From Thermoplasmata archaeon (GTDB lineage: Archaea > Thermoplasmatota > Thermoplasmata > Thermoplasmatales > ARK-15): a DNA stretch of 64,000 nucleotides. This document shows positions 39,711 to 50,457 of this stretch, piece after piece. The notes beneath the pieces are model-generated. The model was not told the DNA's origin and searched no databases. It worked only from the letters and a program-made list of their open reading frames with translations. The stretch is taken from assembly GCA_023261755.1 (NCBI GenBank), contig JAGDXS010000002.1, positions 365 through 64,364 of the forward strand, given 5' to 3'. The position numbers and the translations under genes were made by a program. Every line of letters begins with the position of its first letter. Within the stretch, counting starts at the first letter, position 1.

Positions 39711-40655
39711 ATGTTTGATGTTAAAAAATTCATTAATGAAACAATAAGGAACTTAAAAAATGAAATAAAGGGAAAGGCAATAATTGCTGTTTCAGGTGGC
39801 GTCGACAGCACTGTGAGCGCAGTTCTAACTCATATGGCAATTGGGGATAATCTTCTCCCAGTGTTTATAGATACAGGATTGATGAGAAAAAATGAATCTG
39901 ATAAGGTAAAGAGTTTATTTGATTCATTAAACATAAAAATAAAAATATTAAATCGTGAAGAAGATTTTCTCAAACACTTGGAAGGAATAACGGATCCAGA
40001 ACAGAAAAGAAAAATAGTTGGAGAACGGTTTATAAGAAATTTTGAAGAAGAGGCAAGGAACTTTAACGCTGAATATCTAGTTCAGGGAACGATAGCCCCA
40101 GACTGGATAGAGAGTGGTGGAGGCATAAGAGAAAGAATTAAAACTCACCACAATGTAGGCGGCCTACCAGAAAAGATGGACCTTAAGATAGTAGAACCTT
40201 TGAGGGATCTTTATAAGGATGAAGTAAGGGAAATTGCCAAATATTTGGGAATAAAAAACTGGGAGAGGCAGCCTTTTCCTGGCCCTGGATTATCCATAAG
40301 GGTAATAGGCGAGGTCAATAAAAATAAACTTGATCTTCTCAGGGAAGCTACTGAAATTGTAGAAAATGAAGTTGAAAATGCTGTAAATAACAATTTAATT
40401 CAGAGACCCTGGCAATACTTTGCAATAATGCTTCCTGTGAAAACCACTGGTGTCCATGGTGACAAGAGGGCATATGGATATACGGTAGCTGTAAGGATCA
40501 TAGATTCAATTGATGGTATGTCTGGAACATATTCCAGAATACCTCATGAAATTCTGGAGAGGATTTCAATAAATATAACCAACAGAATACCTGAAATAAA
40601 CAGGGTGGTTTATGATATAACCAATAAACCGCCTGCCACAATAGAATGGGAATGA
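39711..40655 (+). CDS. guaA: GMP synthase subunit B (ATP pyrophosphatase plus dimerisation domain)
   Basis: PP-loop [20 protein letters not shown], the C-terminal GMP synthase domain and a terminal ATIEWE. Confidence 0.92.
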   Translation: MFDVKKFINETIRNLKNEIKGKAIIAVSGGVDSTVSAVLTHMAIGDNLLPVFIDTGLMRKNESDKVKSLFDSLNIKIKILNREEDFLKHLEGITDPEQKRKIVGERFIRNFEEEARNFNAEYLVQGTIAPDWIESGGGIRERIKTHHNVGGLPEKMDLKIVEPLRDLYKDEVREIAKYLGIKNWERQPFPGPGLSIRVIGEVNKNKLDLLREATEIVENEVENAVNNNLIQRPWQYFAIMLPVKTTGVHGDKRAYGYTVAVRIIDSIDGMSGTYSRIPHEILERISINITNRIPEINRVVYDITNKPPATIEWE

Positions 40656-40660
40656 TTTTG

Positions 40661-41884
40661 ATGAAGATAAAATTTTTAGGTGGAGCAGATGAAATTGGTA
40701 GTCTAGGTATGTATGTTTCATACAATAAAACGAATTTACTTTTTGAGTATGGTATAACGCCTTCAAAGCCACCAAAATTTCCACTCGATTCGCCAAAACC
40801 CGATGCAGTTTTTTTAACCCATGCGCATTTGGATCATTCTGGAATGCTTCCATACCTTACATTAAAATATAACATGCCTGTGTACGGTACACCTCTCACT
40901 TTAGAGCTAACTGATCTTCTATTGAGAGATAGCGTTAAAGTCATGAACCTGGAAGGATACAATTCACCATTTGCAATAGAAGATGTAGAAAATTTAAAGA
41001 AATTATATATAAATCTTCCTTACAGGAAAAAAATTGCAGTAAATGATTTAGAAATATCAACCTACAATGCAGGCCATATACCCGGTTCTGTTATATATAA
41101 AGTTAAAGATGAGAGGACATTCCTTTTCACGGGTGATTTAAATACAAATGAAACTAGGCTTGTGAATGGTTGTGATTATCCTGAAGCAGATGTTGTTTTC
41201 ATTGAATCAACTTACGCTGGAAAGGAGCATCCTCCTAGAAATATGACAGAATCAAGGTTCCTTGAAAAGATTGAAGAAATACTAGATAGAAAAGGAAAAG
41301 TTCTCATACCTGCATTCGCCGTATCAAGAACGCAGGAATTGATCATGGTCATGGAAAAACTTGGAATGGAGTACTGGGTGGATGGCATGTCCAATACAGT
41401 CAACCAAATATTTGCTAAATATGGTTCATATCTAAGGGATGCTCAGGAATTCAAGGGAGCGAGAAAATATGCAAGAAAAGTAAGGAATAAAAGTGACAGA
41501 AAAAAGGCACTGGATTCTGGAATTGTTGTCACAACTGGTGGCATGCTGGAAGGAGGGCCAGTTTTATATTATCTTGAGCAAATTAAAAATGATCCAAAGA
41601 GCGGCATTTTAATTACTGGGTTTCAGGTTGAAAACACAAATGGAAGAATGCTCCTTGATACGGGCTTTGTAGATATTAATGGAGTAAAGGAAAAAATAAA
41701 TGCTGAGGTAGTAACATTCGATTTTTCAGCACATGCTGGAAATTCTGATTTGCTAAAATTCATAGAAAAAACTAAAGCTGATACTGTTGTTCTATTCCAT
41801 GGCGAGAACAGGGAAGCATTAATGACACAAATAGAAGATAAAAATGTTATTTTACCGAAACCGGGTATTGAATTTAAAATTTAA
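40661..41884 (+). CDS. Beta-CASP metallo-beta-lactamase-fold ribonuclease (aCPSF2/RNase J-like)
   Basis: HAHLDHSG motif, beta-CASP motifs and C-terminal FSAHAG. ATG at 40661. The ORF-track start at 40646 overlaps guaA. Confidence 0.8.
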   Translation: MKIKFLGGADEIGSLGMYVSYNKTNLLFEYGITPSKPPKFPLDSPKPDAVFLTHAHLDHSGMLPYLTLKYNMPVYGTPLTLELTDLLLRDSVKVMNLEGYNSPFAIEDVENLKKLYINLPYRKKIAVNDLEISTYNAGHIPGSVIYKVKDERTFLFTGDLNTNETRLVNGCDYPEADVVFIESTYAGKEHPPRNMTESRFLEKIEEILDRKGKVLIPAFAVSRTQELIMVMEKLGMEYWVDGMSNTVNQIFAKYGSYLRDAQEFKGARKYARKVRNKSDRKKALDSGIVVTTGGMLEGGPVLYYLEQIKNDPKSGILITGFQVENTNGRMLLDTGFVDINGVKEKINAEVVTFDFSAHAGNSDLLKFIEKTKADTVVLFHGENREALMTQIEDKNVILPKPGIEFKI

Positions 41885-42066
41885 TTAAAATTTCTTTTAT
41901 TTCTTAAAACAGTAATAGGTATTGCACCCTTTTCGAATTCTAAAAGAGCAATGTCCACAGGATCAATAAAATTCTCAGGAACATTTATTAAAACTGGAGC
42001 ACCTAATGAAATTTGAAGAGCCCTGGCCCCAATAATCCTAGCCTTTTCAAATCTTGTATATTTCAT
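41881..42066 (-). CDS. rpoK: DNA-directed RNA polymerase subunit K (Rpo6)
   Basis: [24 protein letters not shown]. 61 aa. Confidence 0.85.
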   Translation of the reverse strand: MKYTRFEKARIIGARALQISLGAPVLINVPENFIDPVDIALLEFEKGAIPITVLRNKRNFN

Positions 42067-42149
42067 AATCTCACCAAAAGTGTTTTACCTAGAAGAAAGT
42101 AGTATATATATACTTTGTTCTCATTTTTTTATGAGATTATTTTAATAAT

Positions 42150-42169
42150 TTTTTCTTAATTAAGAAAAA
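42150..42169. promoter_or_regulatory. 20-bp perfect palindrome TTTTTCTTAATTAAGAAAAA upstream of the KaiC-like operon
   Basis: Perfect dyad lying 31-50 nt upstream of the ATG at 42200, where a BRE/TATA element or operator would sit. A second dyad, AGTATATATATACT, lies about 60 nt further upstream. Confidence 0.3.
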
Positions 42170-42199
42170 TTTTAATCCTTGAATTTATTAAAAAATACA

Positions 42200-42904
42200 A
42201 TGCCTTTAGATCTAGGAATAAAAAATCTTTCTGATTTCTTTCCAGGACTAAGGGAAGGGACTGTTAATCTTCTTTACGGTTCTCCAGGCTCTGGAAAAAC
42301 AATCATTGGAATACAGTATCTCATGAGCGGAGCAAGTAAAAATGAGGATACTTTATATATTTCACTTGACGAATCTGCCTATGAGGTTAAAAAGGATTTT
42401 GAAGAAATGGATTGGACCATTGATGCAATAAATGTTATAGATGCAGTTCCATCATCCAAGAAAAGGGAAATTAACCCTTATAGAGAGGTGACACAGATTA
42501 CAGAAGTTCTAAGCATGAGGGAAGTATCATCAAAAAGCCATATGAGGGAAATTGATGTGTTTAACTTAAGGGCCACATTAAAGAATATTCTTACAAAAAG
42601 GAATTTTAAAAGGATTGTTCTAGATTCTCTCACTTCATTAAAATTATTTTACACAATAGGTGTAGAGCCCGAAGAGGCTGCTATCGCATTTGTTGATTTT
42701 TTAAGGGTACTTCAGGATACCACTGTATTAATTATAGCGGATGACTTTGATGATCTGAACAATGTTATGAGGATGATGGATACTGTGTTGAGAATAGAAA
42801 GAGAAGGAAATGATTTTACTCTCGAAATAGTTAAGAGTTCCTATTTGCTTAAAAAAACTTTTCATTCTCTTTCTCTCACAAAATCTGGCTTTGTGGTGGA
42901 ATAA
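42200..42904 (+). CDS. KaiC-like single-domain RecA-superfamily ATPase (COG0467)
   Basis: Walker A GSPGSGKT and Walker B-like IVLDSLTS. N-terminus MPLDLGIKNLSDFFPGL. The ORF-track TTG is at 42179. Confidence 0.75.
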   Translation: MPLDLGIKNLSDFFPGLREGTVNLLYGSPGSGKTIIGIQYLMSGASKNEDTLYISLDESAYEVKKDFEEMDWTIDAINVIDAVPSSKKREINPYREVTQITEVLSMREVSSKSHMREIDVFNLRATLKNILTKRNFKRIVLDSLTSLKLFYTIGVEPEEAAIAFVDFLRVLQDTTVLIIADDFDDLNNVMRMMDTVLRIEREGNDFTLEIVKSSYLLKKTFHSLSLTKSGFVVE

Positions 42905-42905
42905 A

Positions 42906-43649
42906 ATGAATAGGTTGAAATTTGGAATCCAATGGATAGATGAAATGTTTAATGGCGGTCTTCCAGATAACAAGGTATATTTCATTGTTGGCGATTCTGG
43001 GACTGGAAAAACATTACTCTCATTCCGTTTCCTCTATGAGGGCTTGCGCCAGGGAGAAAGATGCCTTTACATAGCAACAGATAGACCGCCATATTCCATA
43101 TTAAATCCAATTACTGAATCATTTGGATGGAATTTGCTTTCCCTTTCAGTAATGGATGCTGTGCCAACGCCATCATTATATTCTACAGTCTATCCTGTTA
43201 GGGATATGACAGCAAAGGGTGAAATAAGGGAAGTATCAAACATGAATAAGAATATTGAAAAAGGTGAACTTACATTCGATAGTTTACAATTGAAACTTGA
43301 ACTTGAATATGAGGAAAGAAAATATGACAGGGTAGTTATAGATTCGTTCACAACATTAAAAAGATTTGGCGTTGAAGAGGAAAGGAGAAATCCAGTAATG
43401 GCGAAATTTATAAGGTTTTTTATAGAAAAGGGATCTACGGCCATTTTCACAGACAATGGAAATATTAATTCTCTAAAGCCCGAAATGGTCATTTCGGGCG
43501 GGATAATTTATCTATCTAGAACGATCAAAAGAAATTCAGATTCAAGATCCTTAAAAATTTTGAAGGCGAGGGGTACACAATTTGATCCTGAAGAAAAAAA
43601 TTTTAAAATTACGGATGAGGGCTTTGAATTACTGAGGCAGAAAAAATGA
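42906..43649 (+). CDS. KaiC-like single-domain RecA-superfamily ATPase (second paralog)
   Basis: Walker A GDSGTGKT and Walker B VVIDSFTT. ATG at 42906 lies 1 nt after the upstream stop. The ORF-track GTG is at 42891. Confidence 0.75.
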   Translation: MNRLKFGIQWIDEMFNGGLPDNKVYFIVGDSGTGKTLLSFRFLYEGLRQGERCLYIATDRPPYSILNPITESFGWNLLSLSVMDAVPTPSLYSTVYPVRDMTAKGEIREVSNMNKNIEKGELTFDSLQLKLELEYEERKYDRVVIDSFTTLKRFGVEEERRNPVMAKFIRFFIEKGSTAIFTDNGNINSLKPEMVISGGIIYLSRTIKRNSDSRSLKILKARGTQFDPEEKNFKITDEGFELLRQKK

Positions 43650-44644
43650 AAAATCTTGTTGCACATGTGTTTTTAAATGGTAAATATTCAGTGGGATCAT
43701 TAAAATTTGAAGGCAGGAGAATTATTTTTGAAGAAACGGATAAAAAAGCTGAATATGTTGTAACTGGCGGGTTTGTGAATGCACATACACATATAGGCGA
43801 TTCATTCATAGAAAATATCCCAAAAATGGGTGTGATGGAACTTGTAGGCCCAAACGGATTCAAACAAAAAATGCTTGAGAGCGCAAATAAAACCACGATT
43901 ATCAAAGGAATGAAAAAATCATTGGGGATCATGGAAAATGATAATATAAGATATTTCTTTGATTTCAGGGAGGGGGGAATAGATGGATTAAAATTGATTA
44001 ATTCATTAAAATTTAAAAAAACTAATGCGGTAATACTGTCAAGGCCTAAAAAAAGCATCATAGATTATGATGAGATCGAATATCTTTTAAAAAATTCATC
44101 AGGTATTGGGATGAGTTCAATATCCGATTACGATTATAAATTCTTAATGGAAATTTCCAAGATTGTAAAGGAAAATGGAAAAATATTTGCAATACATGCG
44201 AGCGAAAGGATTAGGGAGGACATTGATAAAATTTTGAATTTAAATCCAGATTTCATTGTACACATGCATAAAGCAGATGATCAGGATCTTGATAAGGTCA
44301 TGGAAAAAAATATTCCTATTGTTGTATGCCCAAGATCTGGCATGTTCTTTAACATTGAAATGGACATTAATAGATTTTTAAAAAAAGGCATAAATGTTGC
44401 TCTTGGAACAGATAATGCTATGATTTCAATTCCATCTATAAGAATTGAAATGCTTTTTACTTCATTTCTCTTTAATTTGGATCCAATTGAAATTTTAAAA
44501 ATGGCTACGATAAACATGGATAAATTTCTTCCAGTAAAAGATAAAATATTCATATACAAAGGCTCCCCCTATGAAATTGTAAAGAATCCTTTTATAGAAC
44601 CTGTTAAAATTTTGAATATCAAAGATATTGATTTTAATTTTTAA
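43646..44644 (+). CDS. Amidohydrolase-superfamily metal-dependent hydrolase (short chlorohydrolase/deaminase-like)
   Basis: GGFVNAHTHIGD (HxH), HASE, HMHKADDQD and GTDNAM motifs. ATGA overlap with the upstream KaiC-like gene. Confidence 0.7.
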   Translation: MKNLVAHVFLNGKYSVGSLKFEGRRIIFEETDKKAEYVVTGGFVNAHTHIGDSFIENIPKMGVMELVGPNGFKQKMLESANKTTIIKGMKKSLGIMENDNIRYFFDFREGGIDGLKLINSLKFKKTNAVILSRPKKSIIDYDEIEYLLKNSSGIGMSSISDYDYKFLMEISKIVKENGKIFAIHASERIREDIDKILNLNPDFIVHMHKADDQDLDKVMEKNIPIVVCPRSGMFFNIEMDINRFLKKGINVALGTDNAMISIPSIRIEMLFTSFLFNLDPIEILKMATINMDKFLPVKDKIFIYKGSPYEIVKNPFIEPVKILNIKDIDFNF

Positions 44645-45008
44645 TGTTTGAAATTGCTTCCTTTAGAGTTTTATAACTCAATAAAGCGCATTTTATCCTG
44701 GCAGGTGAAATTTCTATTCCAAGGGCATTTAGAAGATCATTTTCTTTGAGGTTTTTAACATAATCAAGATCTTTACCCTTTACCATTTCTGTTAATATTG
44801 ATGCTGATGCAATGCTTATTGCACAACCCTTGCCAGTGAATTTTATGTCCTTGATAATATTTTTATCAATTATTAGGAAAATTTCCAGTTCATCGCCACA
44901 CAATGGATTCAAGCCCCTGCTTGTTGCATTTGGCTTCTCTATTTTTCCATAATTTTTAGGATTTTTGTAATTTTCTAGGATAAAATCCATATAAATATCG
45001 TAGGTCAT
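44634..45008 (-). CDS. sufU: SUF-type Fe-S scaffold / sulfur-transfer protein (SufU/NifU-like)
   Basis: Three conserved Cys (NPLCGDE, GKGCAIS, RIKCALL). 124 aa. Confidence 0.8.
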   Translation of the reverse strand: MTYDIYMDFILENYKNPKNYGKIEKPNATSRGLNPLCGDELEIFLIIDKNIIKDIKFTGKGCAISIASASILTEMVKGKDLDYVKNLKENDLLNALGIEISPARIKCALLSYKTLKEAISNIKN

Positions 45009-46273
45009 AACTTTAACACCTTTTTCACATTATCTAGGGCATTAATAAATTCATCAATGTCATCTAAATCGTTGTATATGTAGAAGCTAGCCCTCGATGT
45101 TGCTGGAATGCCCAGTCTATCCATGAGTGGCTGGGCACAGTGGTGGCCAGACCTTACCATGACTGCATTTATATCCAGAATCGATGCAACATCATGTGGA
45201 TGTATCATTATACCTTCATCCATCAGAGCCTTGGCAATTTTCTCATTTTTAACATTCTTGAAATTGAATGCTATTACACCACCCCTAATTTCTGAATCCC
45301 TAGGACCGTAAAATGTAATGCCATTAAATTCCTCTATCCTTTTTAAGGCATAATTTACAAGATATTTTTCATGTTCTCTTACATTTTCCATACCAATATT
45401 TTTAAGATAGTTAACAGCAGCAGAAAGACCTACAGCGCCCTCAACATTTGGTGTACCAGCTTCAAATTTTAATGGTACATCTGCCCATGTTGCACCTGAT
45501 AGATGAACTTCATTGATCATTTCTCCTCCGCCCATAAAAGGGTCCATTTCATCAAGAATCTCCTTTTTACCATAAAGTACACCTATGCCCATGGGGCCTA
45601 GCATTTTATGCCCAGAAAAGGCAAGAAAATCGCAATCTATATTTTCAACATCTACAGGCATATGTGGGACAGACTGCGCTCCATCGACAATAAAATATGA
45701 GCCATTCTCATGTGCTATTTTTCCTATATGCTTAATATCATTAATTGTACCTAGGACATTTGAAACATGGGTTACAGTTATGATTTTTGTTCTTTCTGTT
45801 ATTAGATTATTAAACTCATCCATTTTCAATGTACCGTCTTCATTAATATCTATGTATTTGATCTTAACGCCCTTCTCTTTTAAAAATTGCCAGGGAACTA
45901 TATTTGAATGGTGTTCCATCACTGTTGTAATTATTTCATCACCATCCTTCAATTTCTTTCCGAGGGTATAGGCTAATAAATTCAACGCCTCTGTTGTATT
46001 TCTTACAAATACTATACTTTCAGCTTGCTTAGAATTTATGAAATTTGAAACATTCTCTCTCGATTTTTCATAGAGATCAGTAGCCTCTTCACTTAGACCA
46101 TAAATTCCCCTGTGAACGTTAGCATTATAATTTTTGTAATAATCCGATATTGCATCTATTACCTGAATAGGCTTCTGTGATGTTGCAGTGCTGTCCAGAT
46201 AGATCATCCTCTTTCCATTGAACTTTCTTTCTAGAATTGGAAAATCTTTCCTAATTTTATTTACATCAATCAT
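45005..46273 (-). CDS. sufS: Cysteine desulfurase, SufS type (group II)
   Basis: PLP-Lys motif FSGHKMLGPMGIG and catalytic Cys loop RSGHHCAQP. Confidence 0.92.
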   Translation of the reverse strand: MIDVNKIRKDFPILERKFNGKRMIYLDSTATSQKPIQVIDAISDYYKNYNANVHRGIYGLSEEATDLYEKSRENVSNFINSKQAESIVFVRNTTEALNLLAYTLGKKLKDGDEIITTVMEHHSNIVPWQFLKEKGVKIKYIDINEDGTLKMDEFNNLITERTKIITVTHVSNVLGTINDIKHIGKIAHENGSYFIVDGAQSVPHMPVDVENIDCDFLAFSGHKMLGPMGIGVLYGKKEILDEMDPFMGGGEMINEVHLSGATWADVPLKFEAGTPNVEGAVGLSAAVNYLKNIGMENVREHEKYLVNYALKRIEEFNGITFYGPRDSEIRGGVIAFNFKNVKNEKIAKALMDEGIMIHPHDVASILDINAVMVRSGHHCAQPLMDRLGIPATSRASFYIYNDLDDIDEFINALDNVKKVLKL

Positions 46274-47471
46274 AGATCAAATACCTCGTTCCTTCATATA
46301 TGACTATCTGCCTAACAACTGGATCAAGGAATCCTTCAACAAGTAGATTTTTAGCTTTTTTCTCATCCACGCCCCTGCTCTGCAAATAAAATAATTGATC
46401 GTAATCCACATTTGTTACAGATGCAGAATGCCTAGCCTGGGATCTGTCACCTTCTATTTCAAGGAAAGGAAGAGCATTGCTTTTTGCATTTTCACTTAAG
46501 AGGAGGGAATTTCCAGCAAAGTATGCGTTTGAATTATTTGCATTCTTTGAAACCTTAATAGATCCTCTCATTATTACCCTTGAATTTCCTTCTAATGTAG
46601 CTCTCACATTTGCATTACTTTTAGAATTTTTGCCATTGTGGTATATGTTTGTATTTACATCATAATGTTCATTGCCATTTGCAAGTATAGCACCCTTGTA
46701 TTCCAAGTTTGAATAATCACCTAAAAGATCAGCATTTGATAACATTATGTGCTTGTTCACATTCTTCAATGCATAATACCATTCGTCATATGCATTTAAC
46801 ATCAAATGAGAATTTTTAACTGAAACCATTTTTGATTGGCCTCCATCAATCATTGTAAGATGTTTAAGATTTGAATTTGCACCTATGTTTATTGTTGTTT
46901 CTTCGATTCCATTAAATTTTTCCATTGAATTTGAATATTCAACAAATTGCAAATATGAATTGTTCCCTATGTTGAATATGTCCTTTTTGACCATTATATC
47001 TCCTGGGAATATTGTTTTAAATTTCATCAATTTCTCGCATCTTCTATTTTCTGGAACTATTACAAAAATTCCTGTGTCCCAGAGTGCATTGCCCAAAGCA
47101 GTCCATTCATCCTTTGGATCCTCCATGGAATTCCTCACAATTTCTGGATATTTTTCCAATGCTTCCCTAATACCCATCAGAACTGTATATTTTAAGGATT
47201 CTGCTTTTATATTCAGTTTTTCATTTTTTGTGAAATCTACAATGAAATATTCCTTCTCCTCGTAGAATTTTCCAGAATGCGGTTCATCAGGTATGTTGTC
47301 CAAAAATTCCTCTATCTCAAATGTTGTGTATCTTTTTTCTACTGGTGAATCTGAAATTGAGCTTTTCTTAAATTCAAAATATTTCCTGAAATTTTTTAAT
47401 CTTATTTCTGTAAGCCAATCCGGCTCTTTCCTTGATTTTGAAAAATTTATAATTTTATCCTCAATGCTCAT
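46266..47471 (-). CDS. sufD: Fe-S cluster assembly protein SufD
   Basis: 401 aa with a beta-helix repeat pattern and C-terminal QLFYLQSRGVDEKKAKNLLVEGF. Confidence 0.8.
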   Translation of the reverse strand: MSIEDKIINFSKSRKEPDWLTEIRLKNFRKYFEFKKSSISDSPVEKRYTTFEIEEFLDNIPDEPHSGKFYEEKEYFIVDFTKNEKLNIKAESLKYTVLMGIREALEKYPEIVRNSMEDPKDEWTALGNALWDTGIFVIVPENRRCEKLMKFKTIFPGDIMVKKDIFNIGNNSYLQFVEYSNSMEKFNGIEETTINIGANSNLKHLTMIDGGQSKMVSVKNSHLMLNAYDEWYYALKNVNKHIMLSNADLLGDYSNLEYKGAILANGNEHYDVNTNIYHNGKNSKSNANVRATLEGNSRVIMRGSIKVSKNANNSNAYFAGNSLLLSENAKSNALPFLEIEGDRSQARHSASVTNVDYDQLFYLQSRGVDEKKAKNLLVEGFLDPVVRQIVIYEGTRYLIYD

Positions 47472-48883
47472 CCCGTACCACCATACCTTTCCAATTGTAG
47501 TTTAATCAACCTATTAAGTTCTAAGGAAAATTCCAGTGGAATTTCCTTTAAAACATCATCCAGGAAACCTAGAACGATCATCGACCTTGCCTGATCCTCT
47601 GTAAGACCCCTGCTCATTATGTAAAATAATTGCTCTTCTCCTATTTTTCCAGCTGATGCCTCGTGCGTGAGAGTAGATGTTTCCTCATAAACTTCATTGT
47701 GCGGATAGGTAAAATTTTTTGAATTTTCATCCAAAATTAAGGCATCACACTGAACATGTGATTTTGCATTATATGCACCCTTCGGTATTCTGATAAGGCC
47801 ACGGTAGACAGAAACTCCTCCCTTCATGCTTATGCTTTTTGAAATAACTTTTGATGATGTATTCGGTGCAAGATGCAATACCTTTGCACCATTGTCCTTC
47901 CATGTATTCTCTGATGCAAGAGCAATTGTAAGGTGAGATGCAGATGCTCCTTCACCTACAAGATATGATGATGGATAAAGCATTGTTACCTTTGATCCAA
48001 GTGATCCACCTACCCATTCCATCTTCCCATTTTTTTCTACCCTTGCCCTTTCAGTATTAAGATTGTATATATCATGGCTCCAGTTCTGGACAGTGGTAAA
48101 CCTTACCTTAGCATTCTCTTTTACATAAACCTCTACTACAGCACTATGCAAAGAGCTAGTGTTGTAAATAGGCGCTGTGCACCCCTCTATATAACTTACA
48201 GACGAATTCTTTTCAGCTATTATGATTGTATGCTCAAATTGCCCTTCAGATTGTAAATTCATCCTAAAATATGTCATCAATGGAAGGTCAACATGTACAT
48301 TTTCAGGCACATATATGAAAGATCCTCCACTCCAAACAGCACCGTTTAGGGCAGAAAATTTATTGTCACCAACTGGAACTATGTTCATGAAGTATTCTTT
48401 AAACAAATCTGGATATTTCTGCAAAGCTGAATCTGTATCAAGATAGATTACTCCCTTCTCCTGAAGCTGCTTTTTTATGTTCGCATAAACCCCTTCAGAA
48501 TCCAATACAGCCACAGATCCACTCAAATACTTTTTTTCCATTTCAGGTAGACCTAAACGCTCATAAGTTTCTCTAATTTCCTGGGGTAAATCTTCCCATC
48601 TTCTTGCCTTTACTTCATCAGGGAGTACATAATACCTAATTTTGTTAAAATCCAAATCCAATGGAGGCCCCCATTTTGGAATTGGCTTTGAATTGAAGAT
48701 TTCAAGAGCCCTGAGCCTGAACCTCTTCATCCATTCAGGTTCTTTTTTTATTTCAGAAATTTCTTCCACAACACTCTTGCTAAGTCCTTCTTCAAATACA
48801 TGAGGATATCTAGCTCTTGTTACGAAATTTCCATTATAATTTTTTTCGGGTATAATATCCTTCAGTTCTTCTCTTTTATCCAT
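47468..48883 (-). CDS. sufB: Fe-S cluster assembly protein SufB
   Basis: 471 aa with EQLFYIMSRGLTEDQARSMIVLGF and strong SufB blocks. Confidence 0.93.
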   Translation of the reverse strand: MDKREELKDIIPEKNYNGNFVTRARYPHVFEEGLSKSVVEEISEIKKEPEWMKRFRLRALEIFNSKPIPKWGPPLDLDFNKIRYYVLPDEVKARRWEDLPQEIRETYERLGLPEMEKKYLSGSVAVLDSEGVYANIKKQLQEKGVIYLDTDSALQKYPDLFKEYFMNIVPVGDNKFSALNGAVWSGGSFIYVPENVHVDLPLMTYFRMNLQSEGQFEHTIIIAEKNSSVSYIEGCTAPIYNTSSLHSAVVEVYVKENAKVRFTTVQNWSHDIYNLNTERARVEKNGKMEWVGGSLGSKVTMLYPSSYLVGEGASASHLTIALASENTWKDNGAKVLHLAPNTSSKVISKSISMKGGVSVYRGLIRIPKGAYNAKSHVQCDALILDENSKNFTYPHNEVYEETSTLTHEASAGKIGEEQLFYIMSRGLTEDQARSMIVLGFLDDVLKEIPLEFSLELNRLIKLQLERYGGTG

Positions 48884-49614
48884 TCATATCCCTTCTCTTC
48901 AATCTTTAAGGCCAGGCCATAATCGCCTGACATCACTATTTTTCCATTCATGAGAACATGGACTTTATCAGGGGATAAATATTTAAGTATTCTCATATAA
49001 TGCGTTATCAATAGTGATCCCATTTTCGGTTCAGTATAAATTGTTTCTTTCAGGGACTTTGCCACAGCTTCAAGGGCATCAACGTCAAGACCAGAATCTA
49101 TTTCATCCACTATGGCAAACTTAGGCTTTAGAAGAGCCATCTGGAGTATTTCGGATTTTTTCTTTTCACCACCAGAAAATCCTTCATTTACATTCCTGCT
49201 CAGGAGAGAAGTATCCATGTTAAGCAATTTTGCCTTTGATTGCACAAAGGTAATAAATTCCTGAAATGTTTTATTATCATTCGGAAAATGTACACTGTAA
49301 GCTGTCCTCAAAAATGTGAATAGTTTTACCCCAGAAAGTTCTATTGGATTTTGAAATGTTAAAAAAAGACCAAGTTTGGACCTTTCATCAGTATTCAGAT
49401 TTGTAATATCCAGCCCGTTGAAAAAAATTGCTCCTTTAGTAATTTTATATCTTTTGTCACCCATTATAACATGGGCTAGAGTTGATTTTCCGGATCCATT
49501 CGGACCCATAAGTGCATGCAGTTCACCTTTTTCTAGGCGCAAATTTATTCCCTTAAGAATCTCCTTTCCTTCTATTTCAGCATGTAAATCAACAATTTCA
49601 AGTACATCGGACAT
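48862..49614 (-). CDS. sufC: Fe-S cluster assembly ATPase SufC
   Basis: Walker A GPNGSGKST, ABC signature FSGGEKKK, Walker B AIVDEIDSGLD. Confidence 0.93.
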   Translation of the reverse strand: MSDVLEIVDLHAEIEGKEILKGINLRLEKGELHALMGPNGSGKSTLAHVIMGDKRYKITKGAIFFNGLDITNLNTDERSKLGLFLTFQNPIELSGVKLFTFLRTAYSVHFPNDNKTFQEFITFVQSKAKLLNMDTSLLSRNVNEGFSGGEKKKSEILQMALLKPKFAIVDEIDSGLDVDALEAVAKSLKETIYTEPKMGSLLITHYMRILKYLSPDKVHVLMNGKIVMSGDYGLALKIEEKGYEWIKEKN

Positions 49615-49732
49615 AGTTGCAGAACAAATGGTTATTTATATAAACGTTTTGTAACTTTTTTTGTTTCTACTTTAAAAAATAAATTTTTTAAATATACCTA
49701 ATTAATATGGAAATGTATTGATTTAACATATT

Positions 49733-50176
49733 TCATATTTTTTTCTTCACATATAGAATTTTCTTTATTCTTGATACAACTTCATTTCTTTCATTTAAAA
49801 TTTCAACATTGAACTCTGGATAATATTTTTCACCTCCAGATGTCTTTTCAATTATATCCCTTATATTTTCATCTATAATTCTAAATTCAGCTTTTACTGT
49901 TCCCAATCCTGGTCTAATAAATTCAATACATGTACTTTTATCCCATACAATGTATTCTTTGCCAAGAATGTTCATTAACATTACCATCAAAAATGGATCT
50001 GTCATGGAAAAAAGTGATCCCCCAAAATGGGTGCCTACATAATTTCTGTTATACCATTTTAATTTCATTTCTACCCTTATAAATTTAAAATCATCTGAAA
50101 TTTTCTTTACTTTTATTCCTGAACAGATGAAAGGAGGATAAATATTGAATAATATTTTTAACGTTCTTGGCTTCAT
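49733..50176 (-). CDS. DUF4442 / hotdog-fold thioesterase-like protein
   Basis: 147 aa. WYNRNYVGTHFGGSLFSMTDPF resembles the YiiD C-terminal/DUF4442 family. Confidence 0.5.
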   Translation of the reverse strand: MKPRTLKILFNIYPPFICSGIKVKKISDDFKFIRVEMKLKWYNRNYVGTHFGGSLFSMTDPFLMVMLMNILGKEYIVWDKSTCIEFIRPGLGTVKAEFRIIDENIRDIIEKTSGGEKYYPEFNVEILNERNEVVSRIKKILYVKKKI

Positions 50177-50457
50177 TTAATCTGAATCTATAATTTTTTA
50201 TATAAAATTTTTGTTAAAATTTTCTTAATGATAATTTAAAAAAATTACTTAATTTGATTTTAATATTTTTTATTGTTTTACCACTTATATTAATTCTAAT
50301 GATGTTTTACATCGTGCTTGCTATTCACAATAAACAATCAAAACCTCTAATTATTTAAGCAAGGCTTGAATTTTTATATTATTGCTATGGTGTCTTATAT
50401 TTTCTCAAACGACAAAATCCTTTCATTGCATTAATTTTAAGGCATAAGCTTCTGAAA

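Noticed and set aside
42179-43649. The two KaiC-like ORFs as a frameshifted double-domain KaiC pseudogene.
   Set aside because: Each ORF has its own complete N-terminus, Walker A and Walker B. A clean stop/ATG junction lies at 42904/42906. They look like two intact single-domain paralogs.
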